From: Clostridioides phage Hain-Saunders-2022a | Strand: one strand, 5' to 3' | Sequence record: CP103806.1 | DNA length: 35,072 bases | Shown: in pieces, positions 1-10,102 of the stretch | How the letters are laid out: each line of letters starts with the position of its first letter | Position numbering within the stretch: the first letter of the stretch is position 1 | Program-made: the position numbers and the translations under genes | The notes under the pieces: generated by a model | Told to the model about the DNA's origin: nothing | Database searches by the model: none | Seen by the model: only the letters and a program-made list of their open reading frames with translations

Positions 1-615
1 TGCTCCATTAGCCATCATGTTGAACATTTCTTCCGCCGATATTCCTAAATCACTATAGTATACCGAATACTCTGCCAACTGGTCAGCTAAGTCCCCATTT
101 TGATTGAGTCCATTTTGAGCACCTTGCGCCATTAAATTATAGCTTTCCTCTGCTGTCATTCCAAATTGTTTCATCATAGAATTGACTCCAAGCAAGCCTT
201 CGTTTATATCTATATCAAATGTATCACGCATGGCTATTGCGCTTTCTGTTACCTTCTCTATATTAGACGCATCAATGCCATCCAAATTTTGCTTAATGCT
301 AGACATAGCGTTTCCTATGTCCTCAAAATTTTCACCGAAGTTATGTTTATATACATTTTGCATTGCTTCGCCAAATCCATTTACTTTTGCATTTGCTTCT
401 CCTGTAGATGCTTCAAAGCCATTCATTGCCTTAGTATATTCATCTGTAAATTTAACTGCTTTAACTGTTGTTGCTCCTAGTGCTGTACCTATTCCAGCAA
501 CTCCTGCTATTGCTAGCTTCGCCCCCTTTTTCGCTACACCATTGAGTCCACCAAGTCCTTTTTCTATCCCTGCTGTATCTAATAAGGTCTTAAGTATAAT
601 AGACCCATCCGCCAA
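1..615 (-). CDS. tail tape measure protein, N-terminal part (start TTG at 615). The reading frame continues in frame at the window end, 35072 downwards.
   Basis: Minus-strand translation from 615 gives MADGSIILKTLLDTAGIEKGLGG...AEEMFNMMANGA, ending on a full codon at pos 1. The RBS is GAGGGGG, 7 nt upstream of TTG. A tape-measure-like Ala/Gly-rich N-terminus. It is not in the ORF track because it has no stop inside the window. Confidence 0.8.
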   Translation of the reverse strand, partial: MADGSIILKTLLDTAGIEKGLGGLNGVAKKGAKLAIAGVAGIGTALGATTVKAVKFTDEYTKAMNGFEASTGEANAKVNGFGEAMQNVYKHNFGENFEDIGNAMSSIKQNLDGIDASNIEKVTESAIAMRDTFDIDINEGLLGVNSMMKQFGMTAEESYNLMAQGAQNGLNQNGDLADQLAEYSVYYSDLGISAEEMFNMMANGA

Positions 616-705
616 AATCTCACCCCCTCGGAGTAAAATAAAAAAGCAACTACCTAAAAAGGTAATTGCTTTTTATCTATATATTAAATTGTTTTTATAT
701 AAAAA

Positions 706-909
706 TCATTTAGGCTTACGTTTTTTAGTACTAGTTTTTGTATAAGATATACCCGTTCCAGGTATTCCTACTGTTGCCGACTTTCTCCCTTTGCTGTTGA
801 CTGATACTCGAGCACCTTTCGTCCCAGCACTTATACCGACACTCTTTTTGCCGATATTCAACTTTAATCCGCAACCTAAATTTATACTTTTTTTGAAATT
901 AAACCCCAT
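706..909 (-). CDS. small basic Gly/Lys-rich protein, DUF4236-like (MGFNFKKSINLGCGLKLNIGKKSVGISAGTKGARVSV...)
   Basis: ORF 706..924. The likely start is the internal ATG at 909, preceded by GGGGG. The sequence resembles my recollection of the DUF4236 consensus (MGFRFRKS.KLGPGVRLNLSKSG...). It sits between the tail chaperones and the TMP. Confidence 0.5.
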   Translation of the reverse strand: MGFNFKKSINLGCGLKLNIGKKSVGISAGTKGARVSVNSKGRKSATVGIPGTGISYTKTSTKKRKPK

Positions 910-979
910 GAAAATTACCCCCATTCAAGTATAATACATATACTTATTTTATATATATTATACTTGTAGAGTCCTGTTT

Positions 980-1594
980 TTACAATATATCGCTTAAATC
1001 TCCATCACTCAAAAGCGCTTTTTCTATCTCATTTATCTTTTCTTTTTCTGTTTGACTTTTAGGTATCTCATACATTTTTTTCATTTTCTTATAGAAGTCT
1101 TTTTGTTCTTTTGACATATCTTTTGTTATATCTATAGACCTATAACCTATGATTTTTACTATCTGATTATCTTCTTTTAAAGATTTAAATAACGCTCTAA
1201 ACTTCCACCAATGTAAGCATTTAATATCTTGCAAATCAATTCCGTATTGGTCTAAAAATGCACTGTAAATATATTCAGAATCTAATTCATAGTCATAAAT
1301 TCTATTGTTTTTCTTGCTTGAATTTCTAGCCCTAGAATTTTCACCATTAACTTTTCGTTCTTTACCACATCCATAAAACCAAATTATTGCTTCAATCGCT
1401 AAATTCCTATCATGAGGTATTCTAGGATAATATAAATTTAATGCAATATTCGTTTTTTCTTCATTACTTAATTCATCATCATTAATCATCATTTCGAATA
1501 TCATTGAAGTTCTAAAATCTGAATTAATTTTATATACTTTATCATCAATTTTAATGTGCTCTGGCAATACATCAATTAATATATTTGAGTTCAT
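980..1594 (-). CDS. tail assembly protein, Gp15-like (siphovirus)
   Basis: 204-aa ORF located between the tail chaperone and the TMP. By recall it is similar to the Phage_Gp15 family of Lactococcus/Clostridium siphoviruses. Confidence 0.5.
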   Translation of the reverse strand: MNSNILIDVLPEHIKIDDKVYKINSDFRTSMIFEMMINDDELSNEEKTNIALNLYYPRIPHDRNLAIEAIIWFYGCGKERKVNGENSRARNSSKKNNRIYDYELDSEYIYSAFLDQYGIDLQDIKCLHWWKFRALFKSLKEDNQIVKIIGYRSIDITKDMSKEQKDFYKKMKKMYEIPKSQTEKEKINEIEKALLSDGDLSDIL

Positions 1595-1597
1595 ATT

Positions 1598-1984
1598 TTA
1601 CTTTCTTCTTTGCGCTCTGTTAGGTGCATACTTCTCAAATCGCTTTTCTTTATACTTAGAATATTGTGTTACTAAAAAGTCGTAAACCTCTTCATGGAGT
1701 GCCATGCTGTTGTTATCTTTAAATATCCTTTCGCATGCTGTATCATCATTTAAGATTATATTTATTCCTCTTCTTGCTTCTTCTTTTAATTTTTCTAATA
1801 TTTCTGTTGTTGCTCGTTTTATAGTTCCTTCTTCTATATCAAGCCCTTTTTCTATATTGGTCATATTGTCAGATACTTCCGCTAACACTATGGCTATTTC
1901 GTCCCTCGAAAAATCCACCTCAAATTTTTCCCCTAGTATTTCCATGTCCCTTATACTATTTTTTCTTTCAAATTTTATTGACAT
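1598..1984 (-). CDS. tail assembly chaperone
   Basis: 128-aa acidic ORF immediately downstream of the major tail protein gene, the canonical position for the G-like chaperone. Confidence 0.5.
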   Translation of the reverse strand: MSIKFERKNSIRDMEILGEKFEVDFSRDEIAIVLAEVSDNMTNIEKGLDIEEGTIKRATTEILEKLKEEARRGINIILNDDTACERIFKDNNSMALHEEVYDFLVTQYSKYKEKRFEKYAPNRAQRRK

Positions 1985-2762
1985 TTACAATTTCCTCCTT
2001 AACTGTAACCGTTGCAATTCCTGCTTTTAAGACTCTATTTTTTGAATTAACTTCTACAATTAAAATTTTATCGTCTTTAGTTGCTGTAATATCGCTAGTT
2101 CCATCCCAGATAATATATTCAGCTCCACAAACTTCCTCAAATCCTGGCAATGCTAGATTTTGACCTAATTTATACTTATAACTATTACCTTCTGTAACCA
2201 CTGGAGTTACTGTTATCTTTGTATCCCATATATTTTCACCTTCTGCGCTTGTAATATTTAATTCTTGAATTTTAGGAGGATATTCAAAATTACCCTCTAC
2301 AAATTCTTTAGTTTTTGTATTAAATTTACCTGCTACCGGGTCGCCTATTCCTAACAAATTCCCGGATGCTGTCATTTCCCCATCTTCGTCTGAAAAGTCT
2401 GCTACTTCTATCGCTATATTGAATTTCCTTGCTCTGTAATCCCCTTCCGAAACACTCAAAGCCTCGTCTAAATCTACAATAATGTATTCTGTTTCTGCGT
2501 CTGAACCTGTTAGCTGATACTTACCAATATTACAAATATGTTCAATAGCCTTTTCACTTGCAATTATGTCTGTTGTAAATGCTGTTTGCCAGTCATAGCC
2601 CGAAATTCCTTTCGTTGCTGACTTATCATTTACATATCTCTTGCTAGTTGTCTGAGCGCTTGGGGACTCATTTAATTCTGTAAATCCAGCACCCATTAAA
2701 TAAAATGCTTCTTCGATTTTTAAGTAATTTGCTATACTTCTTCTTTGCTTAACTCCTGCCAT
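1968..2762 (-). CDS. major tail protein
   Basis: 264-aa ORF between the neck genes and the chaperones. It has a C-terminal Ig-like extension (..TVTPVVTEGNSYKYKL..), typical of siphovirus tail tube proteins. Confidence 0.65.
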   Translation of the reverse strand: MAGVKQRRSIANYLKIEEAFYLMGAGFTELNESPSAQTTSKRYVNDKSATKGISGYDWQTAFTTDIIASEKAIEHICNIGKYQLTGSDAETEYIIVDLDEALSVSEGDYRARKFNIAIEVADFSDEDGEMTASGNLLGIGDPVAGKFNTKTKEFVEGNFEYPPKIQELNITSAEGENIWDTKITVTPVVTEGNSYKYKLGQNLALPGFEEVCGAEYIIWDGTSDITATKDDKILIVEVNSKNRVLKAGIATVTVKEEIVNVNKI

Positions 2763-3196
2763 TAATCATTTTCTCCTTTTTCAAAATATTTTAATCTTAG
2801 TTGTATCTGATATTGCGCTTTGTCTATATCCGTCTGAAACAAATAACCTGGTGTAGTTACTTCTATTTTTAGAGCCTCTTTTAATCCGTCAAGTTCGGGT
2901 AATTCCCCTAGATTATTTTGCATTTCTATCCATTTAGCAAATTTTTCATAAAAGTCACTATTTTCAATGTTTTGGAGTATATCATTCCCATAACTTTCGA
3001 TACTTGCAAAGATAAATACAAATTGCTTTACACAATCCCCATTTACATATTTTTTTAAAACAGCATCCGCTGGTACTGTTTCTATGGAATAAGAGGTTAC
3101 ATCTTCATTTAAAAACTCTATATTTATACCCTTGGCAAATTCGTCCAAGTATGGGCATTTTCTTATAAAGTTTCTAACACTTTCTATTATTGTCAC
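2762..3196 (-). CDS. head-tail joining / tail completion protein (minor capsid family)
   Basis: 144-aa ORF in the four-gene neck block between capsid and major tail. Start and stop codons overlap the neighbouring genes. Confidence 0.5.
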   Translation of the reverse strand: MTIIESVRNFIRKCPYLDEFAKGINIEFLNEDVTSYSIETVPADAVLKKYVNGDCVKQFVFIFASIESYGNDILQNIENSDFYEKFAKWIEMQNNLGELPELDGLKEALKIEVTTPGYLFQTDIDKAQYQIQLRLKYFEKGEND

Positions 3197-3555
3197 TTAG
3201 CCTCACCCCCTACAAATTTAGCGATTGTTTTAATAATGTTTTTTCCATTATCAGCCCAAGAACGAGGTATCCATTGTTTACCCCTTAGCCCCCCTCTGGA
3301 TGTCCCTTGCTTTCCAAACCCCTTGCTTTTATAGTACTGTACTTTTGCATGTGGGGACTTATATACTATCTCATCAGCCTTTGTAATCACATTATTCTTT
3401 AACATCCCAGTATCAAACGGTACATATTGGTCTGATGTTCTTCTTATTTCATTTGTAAATAACTTTTGTGCATCCCCATTTTTATTTAGATGTCTTTTTA
3501 AGAGAATTTTATCGGGGTTATCAATGTTTATTTTTATTTCAGAACTGTTACTCAT
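3193..3555 (-). CDS. neck protein (HK97 gp10-like / minor capsid)
   Basis: ORF 3193..3576. The likely start is ATG at 3555 (MSNSSEIK..), preceded by GGGGGGA and overlapping the upstream stop as ATGA. Confidence 0.5.
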   Translation of the reverse strand: MSNSSEIKINIDNPDKILLKRHLNKNGDAQKLFTNEIRRTSDQYVPFDTGMLKNNVITKADEIVYKSPHAKVQYYKSKGFGKQGTSRGGLRGKQWIPRSWADNGKNIIKTIAKFVGGEAK

Positions 3556-3998
3556 TAAATCCCCCCTATTTCCCAACTTTTCATATTTACACTACCAAAA
3601 TCATGTAAAATTATAGAGTTTATATTTATAACATCACTATACAGATTTTCAAGCATTTTTATTGTCTTTCCATTCTTGCTATCTATATCAAAATCAATAG
3701 AACCTTTTGCAATCTTATCATTATTATTAAAAGTAAAATACTTTCCTTTTTCAGCAATATCAAGCCTTTCAAATTCCTTAGGCTCGATATATCTCTTACC
3801 TTCTGAGTCAACTAAAAAAGGGATAATTATTTTAACGCTATCAGCGCTTATTATCCCTTTATCTGTTACATTTATATTCTGTTGTCCTTGCCAGTCAACT
3901 CCTGTTAAATATGTCTTAAAGTATTCATTTATCCCAAGTTCTTTATTATAACAAGCATTATATAAAGTTATATTATCTTTAAAGAACATGCTAAACAC
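3555..3998 (-). CDS. head closure / neck protein
   Basis: 147-aa ORF in the neck block. Confidence 0.45.
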   Translation of the reverse strand: MFSMFFKDNITLYNACYNKELGINEYFKTYLTGVDWQGQQNINVTDKGIISADSVKIIIPFLVDSEGKRYIEPKEFERLDIAEKGKYFTFNNNDKIAKGSIDFDIDSKNGKTIKMLENLYSDVININSIILHDFGSVNMKSWEIGGI

Positions 3999-4323
3999 CT
4001 CTATACAATAATTCCGAGTCTAAATACATTTTTAAAATATCATATGCCTTTTGTTCTACAGTCTTGTTATTAGCTGTATAAGTCACGGAATGACTACCAA
4101 CACTTTCCGATTGTATTTCCTTATCACCTTCCAAGCTACTTTTATATATAAGGTCTGCAATTTCACATGTAGTTATTTTTATATCTTCTGTAATTTCTTT
4201 TATCCTGCCAAAAGTATTATAATCTATATATTTAGTTGCTCTTATTGCGTATCTATCAAAAGAACCTTGGGGGATTTTTCCCCCAAAGCCACTATAAAAT
4301 TCATAATCAATATATGTTTTCAT
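3991..4323 (-). CDS. head-tail connector (gp6-like adaptor)
   Basis: 110-aa ORF immediately downstream of the major capsid gene. Confidence 0.5.
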   Translation of the reverse strand: MKTYIDYEFYSGFGGKIPQGSFDRYAIRATKYIDYNTFGRIKEITEDIKITTCEIADLIYKSSLEGDKEIQSESVGSHSVTYTANNKTVEQKAYDILKMYLDSELLYRGV

Positions 4324-4334
4324 TTTGCACCAAC

Positions 4335-5525
4335 TTATTTATTAATCATTAAAGTAATATCTTTAGTTACCGCTGAATTACTAACAACTATATTATCATT
4401 TAAAGTTGAATATCCAGTCTTTTTAATTTTCATAGGATAATTTCCAACTCGTAAGTTATATACAACCTTACCAGCGCTATTAGTTTTCATTCTTGAGCCA
4501 TTTACGTCTACTATAGCATCAGTTACAACAGCTGGCGTATTAGCATTGTCTTTTACTGTAATAGTTACTGTTTGTGTTGTAACTGGTGCAGCCGGTTCTA
4601 AATAAGCAAAAGAACAACCAACTCTGTCCTCATCAAGTCGCGTCGCTGGATTAGGTAAAGCCCAACCCATCCTAAACACAACTCTTAAAGCAATCATGTC
4701 TTGTTGTGCTAAATTGTACACTATTTCTCTTGTGTTAGGGTCTTGAATAACTCCTTCTGTAAGGATTTTAACAGTTATATCTTGTCTAATAGAATATACC
4801 GCCTGGTTAAAATCTCCTACAATTAATTGTGCTATAGAATTATTAAAAGAACCATTATCCGGAAAATGTAAAGGCGCTCCGTCTAATGCGTAATTTGTTG
4901 TTCCTTGCATGCTGGCAGAAAAAATCGGTGTACCATCTGTACTTTTTAACCCTCTTAATTTTGCTCTCATAGACCTAGAAGCTATTGCGCCAGTCGCCAT
5001 ATACCCAAATTCTTCAATTTTATTTAGAACTCCACCCTCTGACATTATAAGGTCGTAATAATCCGGATTTGAGCCAACCGGAACATTATTCCCCGCTTGT
5101 CTAGCGAGTGTAATTATATCATTTTGCCATTCTCTAGGTCTATTTTCTCCAAAGATTACAGCACTATCAACTCTTTGTCCAATAGCTTCTAAAACTCTTG
5201 GAGTAACTTCCCCTATTATATCAAAATCGGCATCATTTATAACTGACTCTGGTATTGGAACAATTACAGCAAGCTCTGATGCATACATATATACATTATC
5301 CCACGCCTGGTTTGTAGTTTGTTTATAGCCTGTGTCGCCTTCGACCCAATAAGCAGTTGGTAATATATCTAAAACCCTCATTTTTGTAACATTCGACGAC
5401 ATGTTAGGCATTTTCTTTGCTAAATTCATAAAAACCGATTGCTTTGGCGCATCCTGTAAAATGTCATTAACTATCTGTTCTCTAATTATTGCCTCAGCAT
5501 TTTCTCTTGATATTATTTTTGTCAT
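4335..5525 (-). CDS. major capsid protein, HK97 fold, with C-terminal Ig-like domain
   Basis: 396-aa ORF after the scaffold gene. It carries capsid-like segments (PTAYWVEGDTGYK, FRMGWALPNPA) and a beta-rich tail (TVTITVKDNANTPAVV..). Confidence 0.8.
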   Translation of the reverse strand: MTKIISRENAEAIIREQIVNDILQDAPKQSVFMNLAKKMPNMSSNVTKMRVLDILPTAYWVEGDTGYKQTTNQAWDNVYMYASELAVIVPIPESVINDADFDIIGEVTPRVLEAIGQRVDSAVIFGENRPREWQNDIITLARQAGNNVPVGSNPDYYDLIMSEGGVLNKIEEFGYMATGAIASRSMRAKLRGLKSTDGTPIFSASMQGTTNYALDGAPLHFPDNGSFNNSIAQLIVGDFNQAVYSIRQDITVKILTEGVIQDPNTREIVYNLAQQDMIALRVVFRMGWALPNPATRLDEDRVGCSFAYLEPAAPVTTQTVTITVKDNANTPAVVTDAIVDVNGSRMKTNSAGKVVYNLRVGNYPMKIKKTGYSTLNDNIVVSNSAVTKDITLMINK

Positions 5526-5530
5526 TTTAA

Positions 5531-6094
5531 TTATTCCCTTCCTATTAGCGCTCTTAACGCCATATTTGCATTTGCATTTTTATTTAAAGTTGAACTATCT
5601 TGTAATCCTTTTGTACTCGATATAACTGTCCCTGGGGCATCACTTAAAAAAGCGCCTGGGTCTTTTTCTTTTAGCTGGTTTAAATATTCATCTGCTCCTA
5701 GCAAAGTTCCATTTTCATTTTTAAACTTTTTTTCTTTTAAATCAGCTAAGACTGCCGTCTTAGAAAGTTCAGAAGAAAATTTATATTTTCCTAAAAGTTC
5801 TTTTAAACTATTTTCATATTCTTTACCTTCTAACTGCTCTTTAAGCGCTTTTGTATCATCATTATACTTAGTTTCCCACTCTAACGCTTTTTTCTGTATA
5901 TCTTCAATGTTCATGTCCTTATAGTCTTTTATTTCCTTATTAGCGTCTTTTAACTGTTGCTCTAACCCCCCTACCTTAATTTCTAAGGATTGATATTTCT
6001 CCTTTTCCTTTATCAAAGCACTAGAATGGCTTTCTAATACCTGGGTTATAATATCATCCTTCAACCCTAAACCACTTAAAAATTCCTTATTCAT
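5531..6094 (-). CDS. capsid scaffolding protein
   Basis: 187-aa coiled-coil K/E-rich ORF between the Mu-F-like and capsid genes. Confidence 0.7.
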   Translation of the reverse strand: MNKEFLSGLGLKDDIITQVLESHSSALIKEKEKYQSLEIKVGGLEQQLKDANKEIKDYKDMNIEDIQKKALEWETKYNDDTKALKEQLEGKEYENSLKELLGKYKFSSELSKTAVLADLKEKKFKNENGTLLGADEYLNQLKEKDPGAFLSDAPGTVISSTKGLQDSSTLNKNANANMALRALIGRE

Positions 6095-6157
6095 ATTTCC
6101 TCCTTATTAGTTTTTAAACATAAAAATAAGCCTTTACCTTAAAGACTTTTGTTTAAC

Positions 6158-7381
6158 TTATTTATTCTTTTTATTAGCCCATACAGATTTTTGGCTTATG
6201 CTCTTATCGAAGTTTTGCACCTGGTGTCTCTCATTCCTTTTCAATAAGCCCGCCACCCTGCTAAAATTCTTATATTCTTGCTTTTGTCTATTTAACTTAA
6301 TGCTAGCACTTGTAAAATCTTCCTCTAATCCAGCGTTTTTATATGCAATAATCTCTCTTTTAGTTTGTCTTATAGCTGTTTCAATTTTTCTTTGCTGTTG
6401 CAATGCTTGGTAATGTGTATATGTCCTGCCCTTGTACCCAAAATCGGCAGGGTCTATATTTTGCAATTGTTCTCTTGTGTACGTTGGCGTAGATGCTCCA
6501 GGAATAACAGCAAAGTATTGATGAGTACAATTCCATCCTCCTAGACCGTCTCCATGTCCAAATCCAGTGGAACGTTTTAAAGATGGATATTCTTTGCTTT
6601 TACCACTTAAAGAATACCATTTACCTTGCCAAGCCTTGTGGTTCTTAATTCCTGTTCCAGTACTCCTAGCGCCACTATGCGCAGTCACCTCAACAATATC
6701 TGTTCCTAAATCATCTATGACCTTATTATTTATTTTCTGCGATACCTGGCTAACGCCTGTAAGCGTCGCCCTCCTAACAGCCACATCTAATCTATTTACC
6801 CAATCGGTGTCATATTTTACAACTTTAATACCCTCTTTACTAATAGTTTTAATAGCCATTTTTATAGCTGTTTTATAATCAACTGCACCACTTGATATTT
6901 GTAGTTGCGCAAGGTCTAACGCCTGCCTATATGCATCTGTTAGCTTTTTATTTCTCCTAATGCCATTTATAGTAGTGCAAAAACCAAGAGAACCAGTTAT
7001 ATTTTTAAATTCACTTTTAGTCTGTTCTTTTACTGCATTAATATAATCTCTTAATTCTTCTGATTGACTTAAGTGTAAAGGTGTTAATTTAGCATACTCA
7101 TACAATGCACTATCAGCACTTATAGACTCTAGCGCAATTTCTTCAAATAGTTTATCGACTTCCTTAAGAGTAATGTTTAAAACGCTCGAAATTTTCTTTT
7201 TCAAAGCCTTCTCACTCATTCCAAACAATTCAGCCCTTATAATTTGCCACTCTGCCATGTCTGTAACAGTCCCAGCCTTACTAACTCGCCTTGAAAAATC
7301 TCCTATAATAAAATCCTCCAGTTGTTCATAAAGAGATATAAAATAATTAGACAGCTCTTGTAATCTTTCAGATTTCAGCAT
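6158..7381 (-). CDS. head morphogenesis protein (Mu F / SPP1 gp7-like minor capsid)
   Basis: 407-aa ORF directly after the portal gene. This position and size match the Phage_Mu_F family. Confidence 0.7.
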   Translation of the reverse strand: MLKSERLQELSNYFISLYEQLEDFIIGDFSRRVSKAGTVTDMAEWQIIRAELFGMSEKALKKKISSVLNITLKEVDKLFEEIALESISADSALYEYAKLTPLHLSQSEELRDYINAVKEQTKSEFKNITGSLGFCTTINGIRRNKKLTDAYRQALDLAQLQISSGAVDYKTAIKMAIKTISKEGIKVVKYDTDWVNRLDVAVRRATLTGVSQVSQKINNKVIDDLGTDIVEVTAHSGARSTGTGIKNHKAWQGKWYSLSGKSKEYPSLKRSTGFGHGDGLGGWNCTHQYFAVIPGASTPTYTREQLQNIDPADFGYKGRTYTHYQALQQQRKIETAIRQTKREIIAYKNAGLEEDFTSASIKLNRQKQEYKNFSRVAGLLKRNERHQVQNFDKSISQKSVWANKKNK

Positions 7382-8758
7382 CTACTCACCTATTAAATCG
7401 TCCGGCATCATTTCACGAGCTTGTTCTTCTGTAACCCCATAGCGCCACATTAAATAGCGTTCCGGCTTCAATATCCCACTTGCTACTTCTTGCAACTTAA
7501 TGCTCTGCTCTGTCTTATTATCCACAATTAAACTATCATCAAAATCAAAACTTTGTTCATATTTTCCAACAGGGGCTAAATTATAAGTAGTTGTTAATGC
7601 ATCCATAGAGTAAACTAAATCCTCCAAGGCGCTCTTAAGTGACTTTTGTACATCCGAGACAAAGGCATAACTTCTTTGCTTACTAGCTTTTATTTCTTCC
7701 GCAGTCTTGTCGACATTATTAGGGTCTGACAATGTCCCATAAGCTAAATTACAATTAAATTCTATTCTTCTTAATTGTTCATTAAGCCCATTGATTAAAG
7801 AAGCATCTCTTATTGTTGGCGAGAATGGTTCGAAAAAGGCTTCTGTAGTTCTTAAACTATCTATCTCCAGTTTACGATATAGCCTTTCCTTGCCCTTTGG
7901 CAAAATAGCATTGCCGTTAATATCTCTAGTAAACAAATCCTCTGATGCATTTATTGCAAGTTCTGAACCTTCAAACTCCCATAAAAGCCTTGAATATTGC
8001 TCATCCGCCTTGCGTATTAAATCTGTTGCCCTAGAATAAACAGAAACTCCAAGTGCCGATTTTGTATCAATAGTATTAGCCAGTGGAACTTTAAAATATC
8101 CAATTAGCAACCTATCACTTTTAATAACTATCTGCTCCTGGATGTCTGCCCATTCTTCCACATCCTGCAAACTTATTTCCCTGCCAAGACTATTATTATT
8201 ATTACTTACATACACTTTATTGCTAATCGAACAACCGTCTTTTACTAAATCGTGAGCCTCTAATCTAGTAAATATTTTATTATCCTTAATTCTTTGGTCT
8301 GCAAAAACAACCCCAGTAATTTTACCCGAACTATCAAAGGATGTGGGGAAAAACGAATCTGAGTGTATATAATCTATTTCTATATTCCCATTTGCAACAT
8401 AAGGCTTAAATATAATACTACCTTTGGCACAAGCATACTCTAGCTGTATCCTTATATTTTTCAGAACCTTTTTAAACTGTTCATTGAGAAAATCAGCCCT
8501 GGCACTTCCAGTTATTTTTGAATCCATTTCTATAGTTGTAAGCCTTGCGATTTCAGATGATATGCTAGATGGCAAATTCAAGCTAAATACATTTTTATTA
8601 TCAATCCAATAAGCATTATCTTTGTACATATTAGACCACAATTCAATGCAGTTAGTCATTTCAGAACTTATCAGCATATCAGAAACGGAGTCATGTCCTG
8701 TCTCAGAAGTCATTTTCTTTAATACTTCCCTTATCCACGTTAAAACTTTTGAAAACAA
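7382..8758 (-). CDS. portal protein (SPP1 gp6-like)
   Basis: 458-aa ORF directly after TerL, with an acidic C-terminus. Typical portal size and placement. Confidence 0.8.
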   Translation of the reverse strand: MFSKVLTWIREVLKKMTSETGHDSVSDMLISSEMTNCIELWSNMYKDNAYWIDNKNVFSLNLPSSISSEIARLTTIEMDSKITGSARADFLNEQFKKVLKNIRIQLEYACAKGSIIFKPYVANGNIEIDYIHSDSFFPTSFDSSGKITGVVFADQRIKDNKIFTRLEAHDLVKDGCSISNKVYVSNNNNSLGREISLQDVEEWADIQEQIVIKSDRLLIGYFKVPLANTIDTKSALGVSVYSRATDLIRKADEQYSRLLWEFEGSELAINASEDLFTRDINGNAILPKGKERLYRKLEIDSLRTTEAFFEPFSPTIRDASLINGLNEQLRRIEFNCNLAYGTLSDPNNVDKTAEEIKASKQRSYAFVSDVQKSLKSALEDLVYSMDALTTTYNLAPVGKYEQSFDFDDSLIVDNKTEQSIKLQEVASGILKPERYLMWRYGVTEEQAREMMPDDLIGE

Positions 8759-8773
8759 TAAAGCACCTCCTTG

Positions 8774-10102
8774 CTATTCATATTTGATAAACTTAGTTAT
8801 ATGTTTTTCTATTGAGTATTCAAAAGCGTCTAATGTATCAATATCACTAGAGCCATCATCAAGTCTTACATTTTTAGTAATCTCTTTAGAATCCCAAACA
8901 GCACTACATAAAGCAATTTCTAAAGTCTTGCAATCATCAGTATATTTAAAACGTCCTTGTGCCATAAGTCTACTTACAAGATTAATCCTATCATTTATTG
9001 CACTTTTATAAGCATTTACTATTTTCAACCAGCCAAGACCATTTTTTTTAGCTGTAGAACGTAATCCACGAATTAGCACTTGCTCGGCACTATCACAATA
9101 GACGCAAGTTATAGAACCATATACATTTACTATTTTCAAACAAAATTCTACAAATAAAAGACCCAACTTATCCGGGTCTATTTCTCCGAAATGTCTTTCA
9201 CTCGAAAGCGCAATAACATCTCTGCAGCCTCTTGTAATCCCTGTAGCCACAAAGGAATGCCCCGAACCAGTTCCCCCAAAGTCTACGCCTATATTTATCT
9301 CCATCAAACCACTAATTTTTTCTTTTATATTAAATTCTTCTCTATTATCTGCAAATAGTCTATATATAAGCCCTTCCGCAACGCAACGCTGACCTAATAT
9401 ATCTCTCTTATACCAAATAGAACCAACATCATATTGAGTTAGAATTTCCCGTTTACGTTCTTCTGTGACGGTTATATTGTCATTTATGGTAAAATGCTGA
9501 TAATTATAACCACCTATCAATTCACCACTTTCGTTTTTCTCTTTATAATTGTCTATATACTCTGTATAAATAAAAGAGTTAGGATTATCGGGGTTTAAAT
9601 CCCAAAATATTTTACGATTGGTTGATGCTATAATTCTATTAAAAGCCTCTTTTATCGTTTTATCATGGTGTAGATTTATTTCTGTTGCTATCCACATTCC
9701 ATACGAGTTACCCCTTATTTTCTTATAACTATCAGCCTTAGCACCTCCAGCAAAAATAACAATTTTTTGCTTATGTTTAGTTGAAATACCTTTTATATAT
9801 AAGCACTCATTACCTTTAAATTTTCCCCAATGACATTGACCACGAAAAATATATTCAAGTCCAAAACCGTTAGCGTCTCCAATATTAAGTTTTGCATTTG
9901 CGCTTGTAGACCCTGTTGCTAGATGTATTTTATCTTTAGATGTCTTTATTTCATGCGCAAAGGCAAATACATTGTCTACTGTCTTACCTGCTCTAACTGC
10001 TCCCTCTGCAATATTATAAGTATTACTAGCACAACACTTAATATATTCTTTATGTTTATCTCCAAATTTAAAAGGTATAGTTTTCTTCTTAGTTACTGTC
10101 AT
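8774..10102 (-). CDS. terminase large subunit (PBSX/XtmB-like, probably headful packaging)
   Basis: 442-aa ORF with an N-terminal ATPase region (GAVRAGKT, Walker-A-like) and a C-terminal nuclease region. It overlaps the TerS stop. Confidence 0.9.
   Translation of the reverse strand: MTVTKKKTIPFKFGDKHKEYIKCCASNTYNIAEGAVRAGKTVDNVFAFAHEIKTSKDKIHLATGSTSANAKLNIGDANGFGLEYIFRGQCHWGKFKGNECLYIKGISTKHKQKIVIFAGGAKADSYKKIRGNSYGMWIATEINLHHDKTIKEAFNRIIASTNRKIFWDLNPDNPNSFIYTEYIDNYKEKNESGELIGGYNYQHFTINDNITVTEERKREILTQYDVGSIWYKRDILGQRCVAEGLIYRLFADNREEFNIKEKISGLMEINIGVDFGGTGSGHSFVATGITRGCRDVIALSSERHFGEIDPDKLGLLFVEFCLKIVNVYGSITCVYCDSAEQVLIRGLRSTAKKNGLGWLKIVNAYKSAINDRINLVSRLMAQGRFKYTDDCKTLEIALCSAVWDSKEITKNVRLDDGSSDIDTLDAFEYSIEKHITKFIKYE

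Noticed and set aside
615-706. Possible weak terminator AGCAA...TTGCT between the DUF4236-like gene and the TMP start
   Set aside because: The stem is only 5 bp with a long loop. Tail genes are normally co-transcribed, so it is not convincing.
182-745. Plus-strand 187-aa ORF of low complexity (Ser/Pro/Ala-rich)
   Set aside because: It lies antisense to the clearly coding tape-measure N-terminus. It is a composition artefact of the minus-strand Ala/Gly-rich coding sequence.
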